63,296 nucleotides of DNA, filler included, from Octopus bimaculoides (GCF_001194135.2; 6 parts of 5 records of this genome joined end to end with filler, not necessarily neighbours in it), one strand, 5' to 3'. Counted from the first letter of the whole stretch, positions 38,295 through 51,369 are shown. Notes: generated by a model not told the origin, from the sequence alone. Program-made: numbers and translations.

Positions 38295-39794
38295 TATATA
38301 CATACGTATGTGTACATGCCTACATCTATACGTATTATATAAGCATACGTGGGCACGTCATGAAACGTGTACACACACACACGTGTGTGTGTGTGTGTCT
38401 GTGTGTGTGTGTCTGTGTGTGTGTGTGTGTGTGTGTCTGTGTCTGTGTGTATGCTTGTGTGTTTGCGTGTGTTTGTGTCTGTGTTTGTCCCCACCACCAC
38501 CGCTTGACAACCGGTGGTGGTGTGTTTATGTCCCTGTAACTCACCAGTTTGGCAAATGAGACCGATTGAATAAATACCAATCCATTCATACGACTAAACA
38601 ATTTTCAAGGCGATGCCCCTGCTTGGCCACATTTTAATGACTGAAGCAATTAAAAGCTATATACCAATCAACTGCCATTAACGTCAGCAAACTTCTTCAT
38701 TCCATTCAAGGCTATCTTCTCATTTAAAAGTGCTCAATACCACCTTAAGAACCAATAAAACAAACTCTGGTTTAAGTAAACTCTGTCTATTAAGTATACC
38801 AATACAACACGTCTAAAACTTACAATTTCCCCAGTGGTGTACCACAAAGATCCAACTTCTTATCGACTTTTTACAACCTATACCTACACAGTCTTCCCAC
38901 ACTTTCACAAAACATACAGAGAACCTCATACGTAGAAGACATCATACTCATATCACCCCGCCATTCTGCAGAAATCGCTAAAGAACTCTTCAAACCCTAA
39001 TTTATTTTTTCCAGCAACACTAAAGAATTTCAAATACAGGCAATCTTCGTACTCCACAACATTTATCATACAACACATTCGCACACAAAAGACATAAGTT
39101 ATAGAAGTTACATTCAACCTCCCTGCAACATAGGCAGCAATACATAGAAGACTTAAAAAAGAAAGCAAAACGACGCACAAAGATACTTTAGAACAATTAC
39201 ACATGTACCATATTTGGCCAACAGAAAGTAACAACAATAACGGTATACAAACAATAAATTAGAGCCACCAAAGGCTATGTCAGTCCCACCTATGCCCGCA
39301 ATTACTCTGCATCACGCCACAATAATATACAATGTACACAAAACAGCGCAGTACGTTTTGTAACAGGTTGTACATACACCACACCCAGAGAGATCAACTA
39401 TACAACAAATAAAAATGAATAAAACTGCGAGATCACCTGGATAAGCAAAGGGTACACTATGCTGTTGCAGCCAGCTTCAACTGCTACTATCCCTGCCCCT
39501 ACATGAAAAAAAAGTCTTCTTTTTTAAACTACCTCAACACCCAGATACATATATAACATTAAAGACATTGTTTGTTTCACTCAGCTTATACATACATATA
39601 AAAGGGTACACTTAAGACATATAACTAACTGCAACATCAACACCTTCACGTGCATAACTAACAAGAGAGGCAGAGAGATAACAACAGGCATGCGTTGACC
39701 GATTCCATTTCGCTCATCATCATCTCCGCAGCTGTCACCGACTGAATATGCGGGAACTGGACAACTGAGAGGGTGCAATATGCCCAGGGATAGT

Positions 39795-40010
39795 AGGCGA
39801 GTTGGCGGAACCTTTAGCACGCCGGGCAAAATTCTTAGCGGCATTTCGTCCGTCTTTACTTTCTGAGTACTAATTTCGCCGAAGTCGGCTTTACCTTTCA
39901 TTCTTTTGGGGATCGATAAAATAAATACCAATTGAGCACTGTGGTCGATGTAATCGATTTATCCCTCCCCCAAGATTGCTGGCCTTGTGCCAAAATTTAA
40001 AGCCAATTCA
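39795..40010 (+). mobile_element. SINE E
   Basis: Full colinear copy. Confidence 0.8.
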
Positions 40011-40339
40011 TCCTGGGTGAGACATGTATACTTCATATGTTAGCGTTGTATAATTATTAAAATGGCGGACAAGTGAGAAGATAAGTCGCATCAAATCGTT
40101 CGCCAGACAAAAACTACTTGCTATAGGACTGACTGGTCAATCAAGTTTGAGTCGGGGCTGTATAANNNNNNNNNNNNNNNNNNNNNNNNNNNNNNNNNNN
40201 NNNNNNNNNTTAATTAATTAANNNNNNNNNNNNNNNNNNNNNNNNNNNNNNNNNNNNNNNNNNNNCGCGCGCGCGCGTGTGTGTGCGTGTGTGGTAAGAA
40301 GTGTGTTTCTCAATCACATAGTTCCGAGTTCAGTCAGTC

Positions 40340-40840
40340 CAATTGATTTTAGACTTTTTTTTAAGGAGAGGCTGTTATAACTGACCTTGATAATTGTAAT
40401 TTTAGTGAGTCATTATTACACATCTAATAAGCTGACCTGCCACCTTTTCATTCCAGATTGAAGGACACAGCTGTAACAGTACTTTGAGCACAATCTGCTT
40501 AACAATGCTTGTCATAGCCAACAAGACACTACTTGTCACAATTCCATCGTGGTAACCAACGACTTGACAGAGACGGGCATCAAAACTGTCCCTTCCACTC
40601 CCCACAGTTCAGACTTTACTCCCTTTGAGTTGAGGATAATCTCCAAACTGAAGGAGAACTTCAGGGACAGTTGTTTTGAAGATAGTAAGAAGAAAGATGT
40701 AGTGACAAGGCTCCTGGGACATTCACTTTGAAAGACTACCAAGGGGACTTCACGAAGGCTACAGCAAGTACACTGAAGTCAGCGGATACTACATCGAAGG
40801 AGAATGGAGTTTTGTATATATGTTGGAAATGCACCTCGTA
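40340..40840 (+). mobile_element. Mariner 3' fragment with right TIR
   Basis: HNSIVVTNDLTETGIKTV..PHSSDFTPFELRIISKLKE is a decayed HPPYSPDLAP region; ends AATGCACCTCG-TA. Confidence 0.7.
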
Positions 40841-41471
40841 TACAATGTATTGAATTATTCTTATCGTATTGAATTATTTTTATCGTTTAGAAAAGTATCT
40901 TGAAGGAAGGCTAGCCGCTATTCCCCTTTTCCCCCCCTGTTTGTTCCTAAGGAACTTTTTTTTTCTAACAAGCTTTCATGTATGGCATTATATACTTCGT
41001 GATCCACAGTTTATAATAATTCACCTTATAGATCTCAAAGTTTCTAAATTATCATCAAATATATATATATGTATGTGGTGACGTTGGTGAATATCCGTCA
41101 CTGGGCGATGAGGATTCAGTGGGTTTGATTAACCGAATTAATATACAAGTGGCTGAATATTCCACGGACTCGTGTATCCATAACAGGATATTCCTGCTGA
41201 TTCAGTGTAACATAATGTGTATGACAAAACAGCTACTTCGGAATGGTATGTACAAACCACCCGACAAGCTTCTACACAGCTTCCGTCTGACCACCTGCAC
41301 TTACAGGGTATGGGGCGATCCGAGACTATTGAAAATTACACTTGGAATCGAACCCACGACGTTGCGACTACAAAGCAAATCTCAGCCATTCACCTAAATT
41401 ACACCTGTTCTCTCTATATATATATCCTTTCTCTCTCTCCCCGTCTCTCCTTTTTACAGGCACACGCACAT

Positions 41472-41517
<46 letters not shown>

Positions 41518-42042
41518 ACCTCGCAAGCGCATGTATATGTGTACACACACTTTCTTTTCATAAAGAAAAGATTGAAACTTCGAAGTAAATGTCAATTTTT
41601 TGTAATAATATTTTTCATGGTCTCTGTTTACTTATCCAGTGCATTTTTTTAACCTTTTTTTTTTACACTTTATATTTCGATGTGTTTATCTCTTAATATA
41701 TATATAAACCTACATATTTCCAATACAGGTGTGTATTATATATGCTTATTTTTCACGAAAAACAACACAATTGTGTGTGTATGCGTGTGTGTGCGTGTGT
41801 GTGAATGTGTGTGTGCTTGTGTGTTTGAGTATAAGCCTGTATATATGCATATATATATACATACATATATATATATATATTAATACATACACATATATCT
41901 GTATACATGTATCTGTATATACGTATATACATACACATATATATTTACATATACATATCTACATATATATGTATATGTAAATATATAACTATACACATAT
42001 ATATACATAAATGCAAATATGAGTGTGTGTGTATGTGAGTGC

Positions 42043-42084
<42 letters not shown>

Positions 42085-42373
42085 TGAAAGCGCATATAAA
42101 TTTTGTACAAACCAATTCACACCTGAGTTCCATGGAGCTGAGCGTGATGGTACGATAGTTACCATGACTGCTACTACTGGAAGAAAAGGAGGGGAGGGTG
42201 AAGGGATTTAATAGCCTGGCAAATACAAATATATTCACGCCTAAGGCATGTACGTTGTGCATCAGGTGTGTATAATGTATAACAGAATAACTAGCAAACG
42301 TTGTAAGTCTTCTTTCTTCCTTTTTTTTTATATTTTCCTCATTTTTTTTTTTTTTGTAATTGAGGAGGAGAAG

Positions 42374-42490
42374 GAAGAAGAAGAAGAAGAAGAAGAAGAA
42401 GAAGAAGAAGAAGAAGAAGAAGAAGAAGAAGAAGAAGAAGAAGAAGAAGAAGAAGAAGAAGAAGAAGAAGAAGAAGAAGAAGAAGAAGAA
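42374..42490. repeat. Long pure (GAA)n microsatellite
   Basis: Read directly from the sequence. Confidence 0.95.
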
Positions 42491-42924
42491 TGAAGCTGAC
42501 GTAAAAGACCATGTAAACAAGATGCCTGAATTTATATTCAGGAATAATTCAATTAAACAGAGAACATGTACCAAGAGAAGGGAAGGAAAGAAGGGAGGAA
42601 GGGAGGAAGGAAAGAGGGAAGGAGAAAAGAAGAGGAGGGTTTCTATACCCAATTGTATGAATCGTTTCACTTATCCAACCAGTCTCTTGAAAAGTGCTGA
42701 ACGTCACAGCATCCTCCTATTTCCAAAACCCACGGGTTCAATCCAGTTGACTCCTCTTGCGTTGCTCTTTCTTCTTTCCTCTCTCTCATATGTCGGCCAT
42801 ATTGAATACTATATTTCATTTTTTATCTTTTTGCTTGCTTCACTCATTGGACTGCTTCACTCATTGGACCCTTTGAAGAGGTTTTAGTTGAACAAATCAA
42901 TTCTAGTACTTATGGGCTCTGAGA

Positions 42925-43080
42925 AGTAATAATTAGTTTCAGGATTTTGGCACACGGCCTGCAGGTTTGGGGGAGGGTTTAAGTCGATCGATCGACCCCA
43001 GTGTTCAGCTAGTACTTATTTTATAGACCCTGAAAGGATGAAAGGCAAAGTCGACCTCGGCAGAATTTGAACCTGGAATG
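42925..43080 (-). mobile_element. SINE E
   Basis: Reverse-complement match. Confidence 0.8.
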
Positions 43081-43109
43081 TAACAGTCAACATATCACTT
43101 TTCATGATT

Positions 43110-43212
43110 ATATGTTTCAGATATTCTCGTTTTAAAAATCGCCTCCGGCTAATCGTTGAGAGGACGTTGGTGTTGCCTTGGCGGAGGTTTGTGCTCTCTG
43201 AGTACTCTTGTT
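43110..43212 (+). mobile_element. 3' end of a HINE/DINE-1-like element
   Basis: CCTTGGCGGAGGTTTGTGCTCTCTGAGTACT; same end as 57330-57710. Confidence 0.6.
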
Positions 43213-44157
43213 GTTTTTGTTTCGTTTCGTTTTTTGACAAAGCAATGCACAAGTTTCCCAAAGAGGGTTGACGGAAAGTGCTGAGGCTCATGATTTTCCA
43301 TGTGAGTGAAGTGAATTTGGTACTGCTGAAACTTGAAACCGTTCTTCTGGCCTAGATTAATGAAATCTTGAATCTAGTTTTATAACAGTTCAACACAAAA
43401 GTAAAATAGAGATATTGATTTCGATATTATATTTGGAGAAATCGTCTATTGTCCCTTGGGTGTTTGGAGTAGGAAAAGAAGAAATTCACAAGGGGTTGGT
43501 GAAGGACAATATAGAAGTACGTATACATGAAATGTATATTATACCCATTTTTGTATGTATTCAAGCATATCTGTTTATATGTATATCTGAATGTGTATCA
43601 AATTCTCTCTCATGTAAGATATTCAGAAGGTTTAATATTAAGAAATATTTCATCTCACTTGTCAGTACATTATCTCTTCACATGACACTCAAACATTTCA
43701 CTAAACAAATATATACACTCGAACTAAAGTATGTATGTTTATATATATATATATNNNNNNNNNNNNNNNNNNNNNNNNNNNNNNNNNNNNNNNNNNNNNN
43801 NNNNNNNNNNNNNNNNNNNNNNNNNNNNNNNNNNNNNNNNNNNNNNNNNNNNNNNNNNNNNNNNNNNNNNNNNNNNNNNNNNNNNNNNNNNNNNNNNNNN
43901 NNNNNNNNNNNNNNNNNNNNNNNNNNNNNNNNNNNNNNNNNNNNNNNNNNNNNNNNNNNNNNTATATGTAACATATATCCATATATATGTATAAGTAGAT
44001 AGATAGATAGATATGAATATACATACATACAAACACACATACAAGACCATTTTCGAATGACGAGATTCATTTCTATACAGAAAGATATTCCAATGAAACA
44101 TAGGAAAAAATGTCTGTCAATGTGTGTGTGTATATATACGTGAAAATGCATACATAC

Positions 44158-44218
<61 letters not shown>

Positions 44219-44569
44219 TATTTGTTTGTATGTATGTGTATAAACATATGTATATATATTTGTTTTTGTAGGAGCCAAAAAAATTAATAATATCACGTCA
44301 ATAAATCGATATCACTCATTCTGCCAATGTGTGTGTATGGGTATAGGTGTGTGAGTTTTATATTCATTTACTTATCTATGTCATCAATAAATATAGATAT
44401 CATATTGGAGATATGTGCGTGTGCGTGTGCGTCTATACGATGCTGATATATGAAGTAGAAGCTATAAGTTTGTAAATATATATAATATAGTATAAGAAAT
44501 ACAAACGTCTTGTAAATAGTTGATTCATATACATTTATATATATATACATATTTACATGTTTGTGTGCT

Positions 44570-44609
<40 letters not shown>

Positions 44610-44631
44610 AATATTTGATATATGTGCTTGT

Positions 44632-44683
<52 letters not shown>

Positions 44684-45095
44684 GCAGGTGTATATATACA
44701 CATGCACACTAACAAATATATATTATATATAACAAGTATGTACCTATGTAAATATGCGTAGCAGAGTCTGATCTATCACAAATAACCACTGTTACGCGCC
44801 ATATAAAATCATAATCGAAGATTGATTATCATACCCGCACATCGATACTAGATAGTAGCTGAAATGGGTTCCAATGACAAATCACATTGATTGAGGACCT
44901 AGCCCGCGATATCGATAAGCATTTTTTTTTTCTTTATGTTTCTTTGATTTTGATTTGTTTTTTGTTCTGATTTCTCATTCACTCTACTGATTGCACTAAA
45001 TATACAACGTTTCATTCGCATACATAAATAGTCCCCATTCATCAGACATATATGGCTGTTTGTCAGTTTGTATGTCTACATTGGTATCTATGTAT

Positions 45096-45171
<76 letters not shown>

Positions 45172-45816
45172 TTCGCTCTCTCTCCCTTCATAATGTCAAG
45201 GTTCCCTGTTCAGCCCCACTGAATGGCACCTTGGGCAATTGTCTGTCTTCTACCATGGCCTCGTGCCGTTCGAAGCGTTGAGTGGATTTGGAAGACAGAA
45301 ACTGAAAGACAGTCGTGTGTGTGTATATATATATAGAGAGAGAGAGGGGGGAGAGGGAGAGAAAAGAGTGCGAGCAAGAAATGTATATTCTTTTGCTCAT
45401 TTACTTGCTTCAGTCATTTGACGTGCGCGCGCATGCGTAAGTATGTATGTCGGCTGAAGGACAGACCACTGGCTATTCGCTTGCTCTCAATGGATGAGAT
45501 CACAGTGTGAATATACTGAAAAGCGAAAATGAGAGACGGTCGTCTAAATTCCGACCCAAAGTATACACATTATGCTCGATTTCGGTATGGACTTCTTACA
45601 AGCTAATGATATTTATTTCAAAAGAACAACCATTATAATCATTAGACAGACATACAGATGACAGACAGACAGACAGATAGAAAGATAGACAGACAGATAG
45701 ACAAATAGACATATATAGACAGATAGAGAGAGAGAGAGGAAAGGATACATAAATATATACATTCACACATACATACACAAACACAAACACACACACTCAC
45801 ACATACACACACACAC

Positions 45817-45869
<53 letters not shown>

Positions 45870-46428
45870 NNNNNNNNNNCAGACAGACAGATAGAAAGAT
45901 AGACAGACAGATAGACAAATAGACATATATAGACAGATAGAGAGAGAGAGAGGAAAGGATACATAAATATATACATTCACACATACATACACAAACACAA
46001 ACACACACACTCACACATACACACACACACATATATATATATATATACATACATGCAGGCTTGCATGCCTACATGTACGCGCACTCACACGCATACATAC
46101 ACACATTCATACATATATATATATATCTATATATATGGTGGCCGTCAACTCGTAGGCTTGTATGGCCATCACTGACACATTATCTCATCTAGATGAGGAA
46201 ATCAATGGCTGTCAGCAATTTTGATGCTGAAATTTAAAATTAATAACAGCTTGCACAACACCGCTAAAATTCTCACCTATGAATTCAAGTGGCCCAGAAG
46301 CAAGCCAAAGCAAAATCATAGATACATATAAACAAACACACTCATACATATGTATTTACATACACTTTCGGCTTCATACCTATTATCAATGGAGCAACAA
46401 GATACATAGCAAACCGTCTGGAACAAAG

Positions 46429-47010
46429 TACGAGGGTCGGCTGAAAAGTTCATAGACTGAACAAATCGGGTTTTATTTTTCAACACACTTCTTGGTGAAG
46501 AATCTTTCATCCTGATAGTCAAAAGAGTCATCAACAGCAGATATGACGTAATCATCACTGCGATATTGGTTCCCAGCCACGTGTTTTTTTTCAATTTTGG
46601 GAACAGATGATTGTCAGATGGGGCCAAGTCAGGACGATAACGAAAGGGATCAATAAGTTCAAAACCACGTCCCGCACAGCAACCGTTTAAACCAAGGACT
46701 TCTTTGCTGGAGCAGTGAAACAAGATCCCTTTTTTCAGTTTTCCTGGGCGTTTAGTCTTGATAGTCTTTCATAGCTGCCTCAGCAAGCTGATATAGTACT
46801 CTTCATTGACGGTGTGGCTATTTTGAAGATAGTCAATAAACACAATGCCTTTTGAATACCAAAATGCCTTTTGCATTACCTTCTCTGCAGATGAAACGAC
46901 CTTGGTCTTCTTTGGAGCAGGTGAGAGGAGAGGATTCCACAGCTTAGTTTGCCTCTTTGTCTCTGGGTTAAAGTGATGAAGCCAACACTCATCCTCAGGT
47001 AGGGAAACGT
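46429..47010 (-). mobile_element. Mariner 3' half: decayed DDE catalytic domain and TIR
   Basis: EDECWLHHFNPETKRQ, KKTKVVSSAEKVMQKAFWYSKGIVFIDYL, RPDLAPSDNHLFPKLKK; TA-CGAGGGTCGGCTGAAAAGTTC at 46429. Confidence 0.9.
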
Positions 47011-47111
47011 TCAAGGAAGCTGTATCTGCCTCAATCTCAGATTTTCCCGTGTTGTGATGTGATCGGGTGTCAGAAGTCATGGCACCTATCGAGCAGAAAC
47101 TTTCCTCATAC

Positions 47112-47200
47112 CAAATTCGTTGTGTCAAATTCATTGCGTCAAATTCATTGCGTCAAATTCATTGTGTCAAATTCATTGCGTCAAATTCATTGTGTCAATA
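47112..47200. repeat. 14-bp minisatellite GTCAAATTCATTGY, 5 full units plus 2 partial
   Basis: Full units span 47124-47193. Confidence 0.95.
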
Positions 47201-47620
47201 TTCTTAACAGTCACAAAGGAATTAGCTACTTTATTTATAGCCAATCGCCTGCCGTTCATCAGAACTTACCACACTGATGGCAGCTGCAGAACGTCCAAAC
47301 AATGAGTCATCTTCAAGAGCTCTTTAACTTACCACCATTGTTATTACGGTCAGGCAACCTATTTGAATATAAACTCTGAACTTAATTACAACAGAATCAC
47401 TATTCTATGAAAAGCAATGTAACTATAGAACTGCTATGAATTGCCTGAAGGCTAATATTTCATCTATTACACAAACTGTCTGTAAGGTATATATCCTTGC
47501 GTAACGAACCTATTCTTCAAAGAAACTCGTGTAGGGATGTATTTCATAAAAAACATGAATATCTCTCTTCTCTTCTTCTATGTGTCTGTGCCTGTACATA
47601 TGTATGCATATTTGCATGTA

Positions 47621-47674
<54 letters not shown>

Positions 47675-47993
47675 CATACATATATATCTGCTGGTAAAGA
47701 AAGTAAATTTTAGCCGATCAATAAATTGAAATCGATGAAATAAGTTCCAGACTAAAACGTATAGTGGAGTCGATATGGTATATTAAAATTGTTGAAAGCA
47801 GTGGTGCCCAGCTTCGTTGTAGTCTTATAAGTGAAACCAATAAAAGAATGAAAAGATTATTTCTGTAAGGATGTGTGAGTGTGCGTGCGTGTGCGTATGT
47901 GTGTGTATGGTCGTTCGTGTGTGTGCGTGTCTGTGTGTGACCGCGCACGCTTGTGTGTGTCTCTAAACACACTTCCATATTTGTGTATGTACG

Positions 47994-48053
<60 letters not shown>

Positions 48054-48611
48054 TGTGTGTGTATGTGTATGTAATGTATGTATATATATATATTTATATA
48101 TGTGTGTGTGTGTGTGTGTATGTGTATGTAATGTATGTATATATATATATTTATATATGTGTGTGTGCATATATATATATATATGCATATATATATGTAT
48201 ATATATATATATACATACATATATATACATATGTGTATGTATGTATATATATAGATATATATATTTCGAGAGAGAGAGAGAGTGTGTGAGTGAGAAAGTG
48301 AGAAAGAGAGGGAAGGGAGATGGTGAGAGGGAGATCTGAATGAGGTGATCTCAGTGATCTACAATTAGAGAGAACGAATGATAATCAGAATATTTCCTGC
48401 CAGACTTTAGGACTTTCGTCTCCTCAGAGACATACATACATACATACATACATACATACATACATACATACATACATACATACATACAATGTAGAACACC
48501 TACATTGCTAGAAATAAGATCTAAAAGGCTATAATGTGTAGTTAAAGCACATAATTGCATACATATTCACTGACAGGAACCGTAATCGCCCGAAAGCACC
48601 GGTCTAGAATT

Positions 48612-48662
48612 CCCTATACTGATCGGTCAGTTTCGGCTAATTTCGTAGTCTCATCAGTAGGA
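48612..48662 (-). ncRNA. Type I hammerhead ribozyme with intact core and full stem III
   Basis: Minus strand: UCCUA-CUGAUGA-GACUA(CGAAAU)UAGCC-GAAA-CUGA(CCGA)UCAG-UA/UAGGG; predicted GUA cleavage between 48617 and 48616; enclosed by 17/20 inverted repeats at 48557-48576 and 48697-48716. Confidence 0.75.
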
Positions 48663-49219
48663 GCCGCTCGACTCGGCTTTTTCCGGACTTGCTTCTCTGT
48701 CAGTACATATGTATTCACCATAAAAATCTATGGATGATTTAGCGAAGCGCTATGCTGATGGCATATTTGGGTAAATGCAACCAGCCGGCAATTCAATATT
48801 CCAAACTGCATTAAAAACAAATATCAAATACTTTTGTTAAATAAAGTAACATCCAGTTACTTTTGAGCTACTTCTTTCTTTAACGTCTTCGCCACAATTA
48901 TTCCAGCCTCCCATTTGGAGTAACATTCTTACATTTGTTAGTCAGCCATCCACATTTGTCTAACAACTATTTCTGTTACCGCTACTTCAACATTCTCTGC
49001 TTTTCTCCTGGCTTACTGTCAAAATTTTGTTCGCAATTTATTGATTTCAATGCTAGTAAAATGTTCTTTGCCCTTTTCAACTAACACTTTCTGTTACACT
49101 ACTCCATTGTCGGAACATATCTATCTTTTATCTTGTGTACCTCTGCTGCGACAATATCTGCCTCTTCGAACTGACATTCTGTATCGAACAACCACAGCCA
49201 AGACCTATCTATCTATCTA

Positions 49220-49258
<39 letters not shown>

Positions 49259-49389
49259 GCTTGTCTGCTTGTTTATCTATCCATCTATCCCTATATCTGT
49301 CTGTCTATCTATCTATCCATCTATCTATCGATTTCTGTCCTTAGGACGTAATTGCTATTTCCTATTTGCTTACCCCTAGAAACTATAAA

Positions 49390-49721
49390 AAATGGATAAT
49401 ATTTCCTTCAAACTTTGCTTTTGTTACATTTATTCAAACCCCAAAGAATCACTCACAATACATGGCTAGGATGCTTTCCATTATTCCTGCTCATGATTAA
49501 AGATTTACATATCGACAGCCACTAAGGGACATGCTCAGGTTGTTATGGTCAAGCAATTAACAAGCAAATCTGTGGTAGTGAGCAGAATATTTGCTATAAC
49601 GATATTTCTGCTTCAGCAACTCAGCGCTGAATCTGTCAGAAATGTAATGGAAATTAGGTCAGTTTCAAAATATTGATGTCCAAGTTACAAAAGCAAAGTT
49701 TGAAGGGAATAGTAATCATTT
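49390..49721. mobile_element. Non-autonomous DNA transposon (MITE) with ~38-bp inverted repeats
   Basis: 49390-49427 vs 49684-49721 share CCTTCAAACTTTGCTTTTGT. Confidence 0.65.
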
Positions 49722-51052
49722 CCTTTGATTTCTCGAAAGAAGCAAACAGACATTGACACTGACTAAAAATCAAACAAATACAAATTTTGCTACACAGTGT
49801 AGTTTTGTGTGCATATATGTGTGTATGCGCTCGTGTTGGGCATATGAGTGGGGGGTATGTAGGTGTGTGTTCGTAGTGGTGGTGGGCACCGGATGTCTAA
49901 ATCAATACAGTGAGCAAAAAAGGCCACATGNNNNNNNNNNNNNNNNNNNNNNNNNNNNNNNNNNNNNNNNNNNNNNNNNNNNNNNNNNNNNNNNNNNNNN
50001 NNNNNNNNNNNNNNNNNNNNNNNNNNNNNNNNNNNNNNNNNNNNNNNNNNNNNNNNNNNNNNNNNNNNNNNNNNNNNNNNNNNNNNNNNNNNNNNNNNNN
50101 NNNNNNNNNNNNNNNNNNNNNNNNNNNNNNNNNNNNNNNNNNNNNNNNNNNNNNNNNNNNNNNNNNNNNNNNNNNNNNNNNNNNNNNNNNNNNNNNNNNN
50201 NNNNNNNNNNNNNNNNNNNNNNNNNNNNNNNNNNNNNNNNNNNNNNNNNNNNNNNNNNNNNNNNNNNNNNNNNNNNNNNNNNNNNNNNNNNNNNNNNNNN
50301 NNNNNNNNNNNNNNNNNNNNNNNNNNNNNNNNNNNNNNNNNNNNNNNNNNNNNNNNNNNNNNNNNNNNNNNNNNNNNNNNNNNNNNNNNNNNNNNNNNNN
50401 NNNNNNNNNNNNNNNNNNNNNNNNNNNNNNNNNNNNNNNNNNNNNNNNNNNNNNNNNNNNNNNNNNNNNNNNNNNNNNNNNNNNNNNNNNNNNNNNNNNN
50501 NNNNNNNNNNNNNNNNNNNNNNNNNNNNNNNNNNNNNNNNNNNNNNNNNNNNNNNNNNNNNNNNNNNNNNNNNNNNNNNNNNNNNNNNNNNNNNNNNNNN
50601 NNNNNNNNNNNNNNNNNNNNNNNNNNNNNNNNNNNNNNNNNNNNNNNNNNNNNNNNNNNNNNNNNNNNNNNNNNNNNNNNNNNNNNNNNNNNNNNNNNNN
50701 NNNNNNNNNNNNNNNNNNNNNNNNNNNNNNNNNNNNNNNNNNNNNNNNNNNNNNNNNNNNNNNNNNNNNNNNNNNNNNNNNNNNNNNNNNNNNNNNNNNN
50801 NNNNNNNNNNNNNNNNNNNNNNNNNNNNNNNNNNNNNNNNNNNNNNNNNNNNNNNNNNNNNNNNNNNNNNNNNNNNNNNNNNNNNNNNNNNNNNNNCTTG
50901 TACCGGTTCTATTGAAGCCGAGTAGTTGGTTTAACTACTTGTCTTTGTCCTAACTGCATACGTTTATTTGCATCTAGAGTGCAGAAGAGCTCGGGCTGTA
51001 CTTTTCTTGTCAATCATCTCAGACGAGTGTTTGGTAATACTTTCAGGTTAAT

Positions 51053-51260
51053 AAGGCGGTGAGCTGGCAGAAACGTTAGCACGCCGGGCGAAATGCTTGG
51101 CGGTATTTCGTCTGTCTTTACTTTCTGAGTTCAAATTCCGCCGAAGTCGACTTTGCCTGTCATCCTTTCGGGGTCGATAAATTAAGTACCAGTTGCGTAC
51201 TAATCAACTGGACCCTCTCCCCCAAAATTTCGGGCCTTGTGCCTAGAGTAGAAAAGAATA
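51053..51260 (+). mobile_element. Full-length young SINE E
   Basis: AAGGCGGTGAGCTGGCAGAAACGTTAGCACG...GAGTTCAAATTCC (B box)...GTAGAAAAGAATA. Confidence 0.9.
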
Positions 51261-51369
51261 CTTTCAAGTTAGAGCATGGTCATTCATGACTGAAGAGAAC
51301 CTTTACCCTATATATATAATGCAAAGAATATATATACATGTATACACACATATATGTACATACTTACAT

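Larger units (their letters stand above)
36580..39480 (+). mobile_element. Decayed I/Jockey-group LINE reverse transcriptase, split by a ~1.9-kb pile-up of repeats
   Basis: SLLSTSSKVLERIILDITNPDIPL (~36595); TAINVSK (~38670); SGVPQRSNFLSTFYNLYLHSLP...SYVEDIILIS; QNSAVRFVTGCTYTTP. Confidence 0.8.

Noticed and set aside
47112-47200. CRISPR-like array
   Set aside because: The repeats are contiguous 14-mers without spacers, there are no cas genes, and the context is eukaryotic.
48401-48427. Minus-strand CTGAGGA-GAC(GAAA)GTC-CTAAAGTC near the intact ribozyme
   Set aside because: It needs about three lesions to fit the core and stem I does not pair; at best a heavily decayed remnant.
48760-49100. 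Possible decayed coding sequence on the minus strand
   Set aside because: All frames are broken, and no family motif could be recognised.
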